A stretch of DNA of 39,448 nt, taken from an uncultured Gammaproteobacteria bacterium. Its GTDB lineage: Bacteria > Patescibacteriota > Patescibacteriia > Magasanikbacterales > JBBTQS01. The translations under genes were made by a program, and so were the position numbers. Position 1 is the stretch's first letter, and every line of letters starts with the position of its first letter. The stretch covers positions 1 to 39,448 of the forward strand of contig CAZKMQ010000002.1 in NCBI GenBank assembly GCA_964554065.1, in the 5' to 3' direction. Of the stretch, positions 1 through 6,849 are shown piece by piece. The notes below the pieces were generated by a model. It had not been told where the DNA came from. It searched no databases and saw only the letters and a program-made list of their open reading frames with translations.

Positions 1-52
1 AATATAGGTTTATGATTATATTAGGTTGCTCTAATAACATATGGGGGTGTAA

Positions 53-1360
53 ATGAAGAGAATTCCAAATATTCCTTGGCTTGATCGAGAGGAGGTCAAG
101 GATATCGTGCTCAAGCTTTTTGATTTGGGTTTGATCAAGGTTGATGATACGTTCAGCCTGCCGCTCAAAAGTGGCGGGAAAACTGACGTTTACATTAACT
201 TGCGTGATGCGCGGAGTAAACCAGAAGCATTGCGGTATTTGGCCGGTGTGTTTACCAGGCCGCTTCGCATTGCAGACTGCAAGCGTTTCGTTGAGGTGCC
301 GGATGCGATTTCGTGCCTTGCGCCTTTGGTCGCAGAGCAGTTGAGCATTCCTTATGTCACAGTACGCAAACAGGGCAAAAGTGGCCATGCGACAAGTGGC
401 AAATTCATTGGTGAGCTTAATGCCAGTGAGCCTGTGTGCATTATCGACGATGTAATCACAGATGGCGCTTCCAAAAAACCTGCGATACATGTAATGCGTG
501 ATCGTGGAGTAAATGTGGATGCTGTCGTGGTGCTTGTAGATCGCATACGTGCCTGGGATCAGGATGGTTTTTCTCACATTCTTCAAGTGCCGGTTTGGGC
601 TGGCATGACGCTGCATGATGTGCGACGAGTGTTGATCGAAGAAGGTCGGATGCGTCGGTGCGATCCTGCGATGGAGAAGAAGAATCCAATTATACTTGCG
701 CTGGACATTCGCGATCCGCAACAGCTCCTGCCGATCCTGGAGCGCTTGCGCCCGCTTGGGTGTACGCTCAAGGTGAATGACTTGGTGTTTGAGGAGGGTT
801 TCAAACACTTGCTTCCGGAATTGCAAGTGTATGGTCGTGTCATGGTGGACATAAAGGGCCACGATATTCCTAACACTCTTAACAACATCAGCATGCGTTT
901 GTCCAAGTACGAGCCGTGGGCAGTCACGGTTCATGCGTCTGGTGGCACAAAGATGGTGGAACAGATTGCTGGCATTACTAGCCAGATCGAAACCAAACTG
1001 CTTGCCATTACTGTACTCACTTCACTCAAGGATGAGTGCAGGGACATTTATGGCAAGGAAGCGAGCGCTAAAGTCATGGATTTGGCTAGGATTGCCATGG
1101 ATGCAGGAGCCAATGGTCTGGTGTGCAGCGCACATGAGGTCAAAGCATTGCGTGAGGTTTATCCAGAAGCATTGCTAGTTACTCCTGGTCTGCGAAGTCC
1201 TGGAGCTGATGCTGGTGATCAAGAGCGTGTTGCAACACCTGCCGTGGCTAAGAAGAACGGGGCAGATGGGCTGGTCATGGGTCGTCAGATCATGAACAGT
1301 ATGGATCCAGTAGCTGAAGTGAAGCGCGTGCTCACTAAGGAGTTGGGGATCGTGCTGTAA
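53..1360 (+). CDS. pyrEF: Bifunctional orotate phosphoribosyltransferase / OMP decarboxylase (PyrE-PyrF fusion)
   Basis: The N-terminal half has the PRPP-binding motif VCIIDDVITDGASK. The C-terminal half has OMP decarboxylase motifs (ILALDI, DIKGHDIPNT, GLVMGRQI). It is a single uninterrupted 435-aa ORF with a GGGGG SD-like run upstream. Confidence 0.85.
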   Translation: MKRIPNIPWLDREEVKDIVLKLFDLGLIKVDDTFSLPLKSGGKTDVYINLRDARSKPEALRYLAGVFTRPLRIADCKRFVEVPDAISCLAPLVAEQLSIPYVTVRKQGKSGHATSGKFIGELNASEPVCIIDDVITDGASKKPAIHVMRDRGVNVDAVVVLVDRIRAWDQDGFSHILQVPVWAGMTLHDVRRVLIEEGRMRRCDPAMEKKNPIILALDIRDPQQLLPILERLRPLGCTLKVNDLVFEEGFKHLLPELQVYGRVMVDIKGHDIPNTLNNISMRLSKYEPWAVTVHASGGTKMVEQIAGITSQIETKLLAITVLTSLKDECRDIYGKEASAKVMDLARIAMDAGANGLVCSAHEVKALREVYPEALLVTPGLRSPGADAGDQERVATPAVAKKNGADGLVMGRQIMNSMDPVAEVKRVLTKELGIVL

Positions 1361-1380
1361 CAGCAAAAACAGCGAAAAAA

Positions 1381-1415
1381 GGCTGTATAGTTAACTCTAT
1401 ACGGTCTTTTTGTTT
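1381..1415 (+). terminator. Intrinsic terminator after pyrEF
   Basis: A 10-bp stem (ggctgtatag / ctatacggtc, two G-U pairs) with loop ttaact is followed by tttttgttt. Confidence 0.75.
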
Positions 1416-1453
1416 AAATTTAGCAAAATAATAGAGAAACGTCCACCCAGGAC

Positions 1454-1482
1454 TTGACAAAATTATCAAAATATGCTATAGT
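1454..1482 (+). promoter_or_regulatory. Sigma70-like promoter (TTGACA-N17-TATAGT)
   Basis: The -35 hexamer is a perfect consensus at 1454-1459, with 17-nt spacing to TATAGT at 1477-1482. A second candidate (TTGTAT-N18-TATACA, 1567-1596) lies just upstream of the RNA element. Confidence 0.6.
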
Positions 1483-1611
1483 GGCCAGTTCACAGTACTA
1501 CTGTGCGCATTACAACGAGGAGAGAGTGGATAAAACAGGTGGATTTTTCTGCCTGCAAAAGATGGTTTGTATTCTCTTTTCGTAAAGATCTATACAAGCC
1601 ATTTTTTGTTT

Positions 1612-1718
1612 CAGAGTGAGTAACGTGTAGAGGAGGGAACGCTTCAATTTGGACTGGCTTAAAATATATATTCGGCCTTAAGTCCATTGTGCAGCTCTTC
1701 TGCACTTTACTCGCTCTG
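1612..1718 (+). ncRNA. Structured 5' leader element, copy 1 (long irregular hairpin, unassigned family)
   Basis: P1 is about 24 bp (1612-1635 with 1695-1718; one mismatch, three G-U pairs). P2 is GGACU/AGUCC (1651-1655 with 1681-1685). P3 is GGC(U)/(G)GCC, capped by a 14-nt loop UAAAAUAUAUAUUC. It is homologous to 2578-2677 with compensatory changes. Confidence 0.65.
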
Positions 1719-1774
1719 ATTGTCCGAACGTTTCGGCATGAAGATTGAGAATACGCTCTTCCTTGGAGGGAAAA

Positions 1775-2440
1775 ATGAGCGCAGGATTCGATAGTAACTT
1801 CGCCCAGAACAGCAACCCCAAGACCAGCCGTGAGGACGGCGAGAAAGATGTCTTCGTCCCGGCCACTGTGGTCAAGGTAGAGGATGTGAAGCTGCGCCAG
1901 GCGCGGCTGGAGCGGATCGCAAGCGATCCGCGGTTCAAGAAGGAGTCGAAGTCGCAGAAAGAGCGCTTCACGCCGGAGTTCGAGATGTACATCTGCACCC
2001 GAGTTGGGTGCGGAACCAGCATGTCTCCGGCACAGGCGCTAGTGCCAGACCGGAGTGTATTCAGCAAGGAGTTGGGCAAGGAGAAGTTCTTGACCGATGA
2101 CCTGAAGGTGCTCGCGGTCTGCGGTCGCAGATGCGTCGAGCTCAAGTACGGACCAGATTGCAGGTCTTACCGCCACAACCTGGTCTATCGGCAGCTGCTC
2201 TCTGATCAGCAGCGCGACTACGAGCGCAAGCAGCGCAGAGCGCAGTATTTCCCGCGGTCGGAGCGTAAGGCTCCGGGCGCAAAGACCAAGGGCGCCTTCG
2301 GCAACGTCCAGAACTCCGGCTCGGATTCGTACCGGGCCAAGAAGGCGGCGAAGCGGGCTGCCTCCAAGGAGCTTCGCGACGGCATGAAGGGCAGCGAGAA
2401 CGGTCAGACCGGTGCTGACCGCGCTGGCAAGAAGAAGTAG
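1775..2440 (+). CDS. GC-rich hypothetical protein with a Cys4 zinc-ribbon-like module and a Lys/Arg-rich C-terminal tail (paralog A)
   Basis: The ATG at 1775 follows GGAGGG by 4 nt; the ORF-track start at 1745 is a TTG with no SD. Motifs are C-x4-C (CTRVGC) and, about 35 aa later, LTDDLKVLAVCGRRC. The tail is basic (KKAAKRAASK...GKKK). A sampled line is 62% GC, and long spurious antisense ORFs fit the high GC. Confidence 0.7.
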   Translation: MSAGFDSNFAQNSNPKTSREDGEKDVFVPATVVKVEDVKLRQARLERIASDPRFKKESKSQKERFTPEFEMYICTRVGCGTSMSPAQALVPDRSVFSKELGKEKFLTDDLKVLAVCGRRCVELKYGPDCRSYRHNLVYRQLLSDQQRDYERKQRRAQYFPRSERKAPGAKTKGAFGNVQNSGSDSYRAKKAAKRAASKELRDGMKGSENGQTGADRAGKKK

Positions 2441-2537
2441 CCGACTTCTTCGCCAAGTCCTAGCCCACGCTAGGCAAACCAACGGAACGGGGTGATGATG
2501 CAACGCGTGTCACCCCAATCCAACTGATCAGTTCACT

Positions 2538-2566
2538 TTGTGGAATGATCTGAGGATTTTTACAAT
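2538..2566 (+). promoter_or_regulatory. Promoter candidate (TTGTGG-N17-TACAAT)
   Basis: The -10 TACAAT at 2561-2566 has 17-nt spacing to a weak -35. The predicted start, around 2573, lies immediately 5' of leader copy 2. Confidence 0.5.
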
Positions 2567-2577
2567 AAATACTCTAT

Positions 2578-2677
2578 CAGAGTGAGGAATGTGAGAGGAG
2601 GGCACACATAGAGATAGGCTTAAAATCTAATTTCGGCCTTTAAATCTCGACCAACTTCTCCCACATTCCTCACTCTG
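2578..2677 (+). ncRNA. Structured 5' leader element, copy 2
   Basis: P1 is 23 bp (2578-2600 with 2655-2677; one mismatch, one G-U pair). P2 is GAGAU/AUCUC (2611-2615 with 2644-2648). P3 is AGGC(U)/(G)GCCU, capped by a 14-nt loop UAAAAUCUAAUUUC. Blocks shared with copy 1 are CAGAGUGAG, AGAGGAGGG, GGCUUAAAAU, UUCGGCCUU and CUCUGAUU. Confidence 0.65.
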
Positions 2678-2747
2678 ATTCGTTATGTGTTTACGCACGT
2701 GATGAAAAAGAGTAAAATCTAGAACAGTTCCTAGGAGGGATGTTCAC

Positions 2748-4076
2748 ATGTCTGACTCGAAAGAGAAAGACCGTCGGCCTCGTCGTCCTCGACAAGGTCA
2801 GAGTAGCGGTGGTAACATCGCATCGTCAATTGCAGGCTGGCAGTTCCAAGGGACTGATCCAGCAGGAGTGAACCTGCTCGAGCAGGTTCGCGAGAATCTT
2901 CGTGCGCGGGAGGAGTCTGAATCGGAGGAGCAGGAAAATCGTGCTCCGTTCAAGGTGCAGCCGCCGGAGATGGTGGAGTGCACAATGGATGATTGCGACA
3001 AGGAAGGTCCTTTTCTTTTCCGCAAGGCCTCCACTCCGAGAACTGACAAGATCGCCTTGTTCCTTCACAAGGACGAAAGCGATCTGACCGCTGATGACAT
3101 CCTTACCGTGGCTACGTGTCGTCGGTGTGGTCGTCGTTCCAAGAACACGTCGCCCATCGTGACCGTCTGGCGCATTGTCGTCGGGTGTATCGGTGACGAG
3201 GAGGGTTTCAGGCCTCGGCGGGGGAAGGATTCGCAAGTCAAGACTCGCAAGCCGAGTCGGGCAGAGCAAATCCGTCAGCAGAAGCTGGAAGAAGGCGGAA
3301 AGGAATGTGGTCAGAAAGGGTGTCAGTTCGTACTGATGCCTGATCAGGTTCGGTTCCCCAGTGATCTTGGAGAGCTGGCATCAGTTGCTGGCGTCGAGGT
3401 TGGGGAGTTGGGCTGCGATCACGTCTTTGACTTGATTCGGTGCAAGAAGCACTTCAAGCCGACCTGGGGTATGGACTTTCGCAGCAAAAGCGTGACTGAT
3501 TACCAGAGTACCAAGGATGGTATTCTGGCGGCACGTGAGTTGGTTGAGATCGAGGCTCAGGAAGAGCTCGCGGAGTGTGAGCAGCAGGCCAAGGCCAAGG
3601 AGGCTCGGCTTGCCAAGAAGAAGGAGCTTCGTGAGGCTCGACTTGCTAGCAAAGCGTCTGCTCCTAAGAAGGCAGATGCTGATGCTCATCGCAAGACTAA
3701 GGGGCGTCGTGCTTCCACCAAGAAGCGCAGTTCTCGTCCGCGATCTTCTGGTGGTGACAAGGGGGGTGGCTCTCGTCACTCTTCCGGAAAGGCGCATCAA
3801 GCACCTAGCTTGAGCTCATCGCAGCGAAGTGATGACGAGCGACAGCCGAGAATCTGGATCACGAAGGCTTCGCAGCCTGTGGTCACGAAGATCTCAGGTC
3901 TTTCGAAGATCGCCATGGAGATCAGCTCCATGAGTCTGGATACTGATGACCTGAGTCAGGAAAGCGCAGATGCGCTGGCTTGGGCAAAGATGTTCGTCTT
4001 GGCGGAGAAGTTCGGAAGCAGCACGAAGAAGCTGCATCCGCCACAGATGGTCGTCGAAATGCTCACCGTCAACTAA
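2748..4076 (+). CDS. GC-rich hypothetical protein with two Cys-rich zinc-ribbon-like modules, a charged coiled-coil and a basic low-complexity region (paralog B)
   Basis: AGGAGGG lies 8 nt upstream of the ATG. Module 1 is CTMDDC...LTADDILTVATCRRC, which aligns with paralog A. Module 2 is CGQKGC...CDHVFDLIRCKKH. The middle is K/R/E-rich (AKAKEARLAKKKELREARL, KTKGRRASTKKRSSRPRSSGG). Confidence 0.7.
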   Translation: MSDSKEKDRRPRRPRQGQSSGGNIASSIAGWQFQGTDPAGVNLLEQVRENLRAREESESEEQENRAPFKVQPPEMVECTMDDCDKEGPFLFRKASTPRTDKIALFLHKDESDLTADDILTVATCRRCGRRSKNTSPIVTVWRIVVGCIGDEEGFRPRRGKDSQVKTRKPSRAEQIRQQKLEEGGKECGQKGCQFVLMPDQVRFPSDLGELASVAGVEVGELGCDHVFDLIRCKKHFKPTWGMDFRSKSVTDYQSTKDGILAARELVEIEAQEELAECEQQAKAKEARLAKKKELREARLASKASAPKKADADAHRKTKGRRASTKKRSSRPRSSGGDKGGGSRHSSGKAHQAPSLSSSQRSDDERQPRIWITKASQPVVTKISGLSKIAMEISSMSLDTDDLSQESADALAWAKMFVLAEKFGSSTKKLHPPQMVVEMLTVN

Positions 4077-4079
4077 ATT

Positions 4080-4650
4080 CCTCACTAACGTGAGGTCCTT
4101 ACATCATGTTCTGTGGTGTAAGGGGATGGGGTGGCTTAGTTAACAGCTAAGTCACTCCCGCCCAATTCTATTCATCGCTCAATTTTCAAACTTTTCACAG
4201 AGCGGTGATTAGATAGGGTGTCATCAGATGCTCTACTGTCTATACTTTTGACAAAGGGCTTACCAGCCTGGTTTTACAAAGGGTGCGTACCGGAAAAATC
4301 TTTCAGTACATATGACAGACATGACGTTAAGTAAAAGACGTCACTGGATCGTTCTTGCAGCCGACAGCATTGCAATGTCAGTCTTATAAAAGCCACGAAG
4401 TGGTCAGCTGGCGGTGTGAATGGAAGATTGTGAAAACCTCATTTTAAGAGGGGATTAACAATCGGAAACCGGCGCCTGTATGCAGGCAGCAATGTCAAGA
4501 CGAAAAAACAAACAGGGGAGGATCGCTGGATTGCTCTGCATTCCAAACACTCCCTATCCCACAGCAAGACAAGCGCACATTATATCCCCACTCTCTCTTG
4601 TCTTGCTATGGGAGACAATAAATCGGTCGTATGGCCGGTTTTTTGTTTGA
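4080..4650 (+). other. ORF-free, hairpin-rich region ending in an intrinsic terminator (candidate ncRNA or long structured 3' UTR)
   Basis: The six-frame track has no ORF of 60 aa or more between 4086 and 4722. Hairpins seen by eye include 4080-4095, a 12-bp stem around 4127-4157, a 15-bp stem ccacagcaagacaag/cttgtcttgctatgg(g) around 4559-4612, and a terminator at 4622-4648. Confidence 0.35.
4622..4648 (+). terminator. Intrinsic terminator
   Basis: The stem is atcggtc/ggccggt (7 bp, two G-U pairs) with loop gtat, followed by ttttttgttt. Confidence 0.6.
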
Positions 4651-4663
4651 AAAAAATTTGCTA

Positions 4664-4692
4664 TTGCATAAAAACCCATATATTTGTATACT
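4664..4692 (+). promoter_or_regulatory. Promoter (TTGCAT-N17-TATACT) for the HU gene
   Basis: Hexamers and spacing were read directly. The site lies 38 nt upstream of the ATG at 4730. Confidence 0.55.
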
Positions 4693-4729
4693 TTTGTCAC
4701 ATTGTTAATAACCCTTAAGCTATCATACT

Positions 4730-5014
4730 ATGGCAAAAGGCCTTTCAAAGTCACAGCTCATGACAGAGCTTAGTGAAAAGTGGGGTGTTTCAAAGAAAGA
4801 AGCAACCGAAATGTTTGAAGGATTTATCGATTTGGTGTTTGACCACGTTAAATCTGATGGGGAGCTTATGCTTCCAGGAATGGGTAAGCTAGTAAAAGCG
4901 CATCGTAAAGCGCGCATGGGACGCAATCCAGCAACTGGTGAGGAAATTCACATTGCTGCAAAAACCGTTGTAAAGTTCCGTGTTTCAAAATCTGCTAAAG
5001 ACTCAATTCTGTAA
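4730..5014 (+). CDS. hup: HU/IHF-family DNA-binding protein
   Basis: It is 94 aa with family signatures: KSQLMTELSEK..., MLPGMGKLVKAHRKARMGRNPATGEEIHIAAKTVVKFRVSK (the beta-arm RNP motif). Confidence 0.9.
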   Translation: MAKGLSKSQLMTELSEKWGVSKKEATEMFEGFIDLVFDHVKSDGELMLPGMGKLVKAHRKARMGRNPATGEEIHIAAKTVVKFRVSKSAKDSIL

Positions 5015-5035
5015 ATTTAGACGTTTATTGAAAAA

Positions 5036-5059
5036 CCTGCCTGAAAAGGTGGGTTTTTT
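5036..5059 (+). terminator. Intrinsic terminator after hup
   Basis: The stem is cctgcc/ggtggg with loop tgaaaa, followed by a T6 run. Confidence 0.55.
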
Positions 5060-5071
5060 GGTATATTTAGC

Positions 5072-5100
5072 TTGACAAAGTCGATTATTTGTGTTATTCT
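5072..5100 (+). promoter_or_regulatory. Promoter (TTGACA-N17-TATTCT)
   Basis: The -35 is a perfect consensus with 17-nt spacing. Confidence 0.55.
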
Positions 5101-5219
5101 AGGAAGTACTTTGTCGACCATGTATGTACAGGAAACACGGCATGTTGCGCGTGTTTAGGTTTGAAAGCTGTTGTACAAGATACAGGTTACATCTTCGCCG
5201 TAAGGCAAGGGAGTTGAAA

Positions 5220-6311
5220 ATGACAAAGTTGATTGAGTTCCTGAAAAAATTAGGTGAGGCAATCCTCATCTTGGTTTGCTCCTTTAAGTGGGGCTTCTTG
5301 CCACAGAAGTTCTCTCCAGAGTTCGACTGGAGAAACAAACCAAAAACTCGAGTATCTGAAGGTGTTGTGGTCTGGTACTCGTGTGCATTGAGTATTGTCT
5401 TCAGTTGGTACATTGCTGAAGACGCGCTTCTTGTGTGGTTTAACCCATGGATCTACTTGATCCTTCCATTTGCTGTACTTCTTCTTGGTTTGCCACTGCT
5501 AATGCTCATTCAAGATAATAGAAGCGGGTATGCTCATCGCTCTTGGTCGTCTACGTTCAAGCTGAACGCTAGTGCAGTTTTCTTTGGGGCAGTCCTGTTT
5601 GTTGGGTCTGCGCTCATAGCAATTGCGATGAGTTCTAGCTATGCATGGTATCAGTTACTAGTTGTGGTACTTTGTGCTCAGCTAGTCGCTGTCACACTTT
5701 TTTTCATTCTGAATCCAGATACCAGCATGAATGAGAGAAAGAGAGCAGGAGGATTCCTAGTTGCTGCGCTTGTGTCATGCTCTATGACGCTTTTCATGTC
5801 GTTCTACTACTTTCTCATGCTTGTTAGTGTGGTGGTAGTGGGTGCGGCGTGGGTGCATCGTGGTCGTGATCTCTGGAAGGACATCCGAATAGAGGTACAT
5901 CGTAGTATCTGGGGGAAGCTCGAAGCCGAGGCGAACATTCTTCATTTAGAGCTTAAGCTCACGCAGAAGGCTGCAAAGATAGCTGAGGCTGATCTTGCTT
6001 TGCAGGTTGAAGTTGCTAATAAAGCAATCGAAACAGTGGATCTAATGCGAAAAGGAGAAGCGGAATTGTTGCGTAAGATTAATGATCTGACGCTGAAGCT
6101 CACTGATATCTGTGAGTTCAAGTCCACGTTGGCTCTGATCATCACCAGAATTCGCAACGACCGGCGTCGCGGAGACAAGCATCTTGGTGAAGCGCGACGT
6201 GATCTAGAACGATTCTTCGCAGTTCTGGTTCCTGACGAGAATGAGAGGCTTGCGCAGTACTACCGGGCAGAACACCCAGACGAGGAAAGGGCCAAGCAGG
6301 CTGTCTCGTGA
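5220..6311 (+). CDS. Multi-pass membrane protein with a C-terminal cytoplasmic coiled-coil; function unknown
   Basis: The start is set at MTKLIEF, with GGGAG 7 nt upstream; the track start at 5124 has no SD. There are several hydrophobic helices followed by heptad-like segments (LELKLTQKAAKIAEADLALQVEVANKAIE...). Confidence 0.6.
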   Translation: MTKLIEFLKKLGEAILILVCSFKWGFLPQKFSPEFDWRNKPKTRVSEGVVVWYSCALSIVFSWYIAEDALLVWFNPWIYLILPFAVLLLGLPLLMLIQDNRSGYAHRSWSSTFKLNASAVFFGAVLFVGSALIAIAMSSSYAWYQLLVVVLCAQLVAVTLFFILNPDTSMNERKRAGGFLVAALVSCSMTLFMSFYYFLMLVSVVVVGAAWVHRGRDLWKDIRIEVHRSIWGKLEAEANILHLELKLTQKAAKIAEADLALQVEVANKAIETVDLMRKGEAELLRKINDLTLKLTDICEFKSTLALIITRIRNDRRRGDKHLGEARRDLERFFAVLVPDENERLAQYYRAEHPDEERAKQAVS

Positions 6312-6369
6312 ATAGTTTAAAAAAACAACTAGAGTGTGATTGTTGAGTAACACTCAGCGATTGAACTCT

Positions 6370-6407
6370 CCCCGCATACGCGACGCGTATGCGGGGTAGT
6401 TTTTTTA
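6370..6407. terminator. Bidirectional intrinsic terminator between convergent genes
   Basis: The stem is a 13-bp perfect palindrome, ccccgcatacgcg a cgcgtatgcgggg, followed by T7. On the other strand its flank is AGAG rather than a T-run, so minus-strand function is doubtful. Confidence 0.8.
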
Positions 6408-6806
6408 TTTAGACTTTAAAAGTTGGCTATACTTTGCGCGTTGGCTATACACCATGTACATGATTAAGCCAAAGGCAATGTATGCAGGTGTTCCTCTCAA
6501 AGTTATGTATTGTAGATCGGTAAAAACATGGAATAGTAAGAAGTTGAATGTAATAGGAACCATGAGCAGTGCTGCCAAGGCAACGTAGCGGTTTGTAAGG
6601 AATGCAATGCCACAAATCAATGAGATGATGCCAATAGTAGGGAATATGTATCCTGTTGATACGATTGCTTGAATAAGTGGCCAGCCTTTATCAGTGAATA
6701 GTTCTGGTGAATATGCAGCCGTTGGCAAAAAACCGAACTTTGAACCGGCGAGAAAGAGCAGGAAAAGTCCTGTGATTATGCGAATTGTGTGGTGAAGATA
6801 TTTCAT
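6405..6806 (-). CDS. DoxX-like small integral membrane protein
   Basis: It is 133 aa with four hydrophobic helices. The opening (LLFLAGSKFGFLP...) resembles the DoxX family, but the call rests on resemblance only. Confidence 0.5.
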   Translation of the reverse strand: MKYLHHTIRIITGLFLLFLAGSKFGFLPTAAYSPELFTDKGWPLIQAIVSTGYIFPTIGIISLICGIAFLTNRYVALAALLMVPITFNFLLFHVFTDLQYITLRGTPAYIAFGLIMYMVYSQRAKYSQLLKSK

Positions 6807-6811
6807 ATAGT

Positions 6812-6840
6812 TTATAAAAACCCCGGGCGCGAGCCCGGGG
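6812..6840 (-). terminator. Intrinsic terminator after the minus-strand HU gene
   Basis: The GC-rich stem ccccgggc/gcccgggg is followed on the minus strand by tttttataaa. Confidence 0.75.
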
Positions 6841-6849
6841 TTGATTCAT

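Noticed and set aside
141-1366. Several short ORFs overlap pyrEF: 141-344, 352-927 (minus strand), 933-1178 and 1175-1366 (minus strand).
   Set aside because: They are nested in, or antisense to, the well-supported PyrE-PyrF frame, which is relatively GC-rich and therefore generates spurious ORFs.
1490-2145. The minus-strand ORFs 1490-1705 and 1678-2145 span the leader region and the start of ORF A.
   Set aside because: They have no translation signals. They cross the structured element and a plus-strand promoter, and their compositions are not protein-like.
2039-2503. Long minus-strand ORFs (2039-2503 and 2142-2456) lie antisense to ORF A. Similar antisense ORFs (2798-3269 and 3381-3800) lie opposite ORF B.
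   Set aside because: They are Arg/Ala/Pro/Ser-rich, low-complexity translations typical of spurious open frames opposite a GC-rich gene. They have no SD or promoter, and the plus-strand genes carry all the signals.
1612-2677. The two repeat copies could be MITEs or DNA-level inverted repeats rather than RNA.
   Set aside because: I found no target-site duplications, only two copies, and both are co-oriented at a fixed distance upstream of paralogous genes. The internal helix P2 differs by three paired compensatory substitutions, which favours selection on RNA structure. This is not fully excluded without a genome-wide copy search.
4080-4650. The ORF-free region could be RNase P RNA, tmRNA or SRP RNA.
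   Set aside because: I could not locate GAGGAAAGUCC with ACAGNAAnnCCGCC-type blocks, a tmRNA tag reading frame with a tRNA-like 3' CCA arm, or the SRP domain IV GGAA/AGCA motif. A covariance-model search is still required.
4480-4650. This is a 56-codon ORF (MQAAMSRRKNKQGR...) inside the ORF-free region.
   Set aside because: It has no SD. It runs straight through two strong hairpins and the terminator stem, ending inside the T-run, so it most likely arises by chance.
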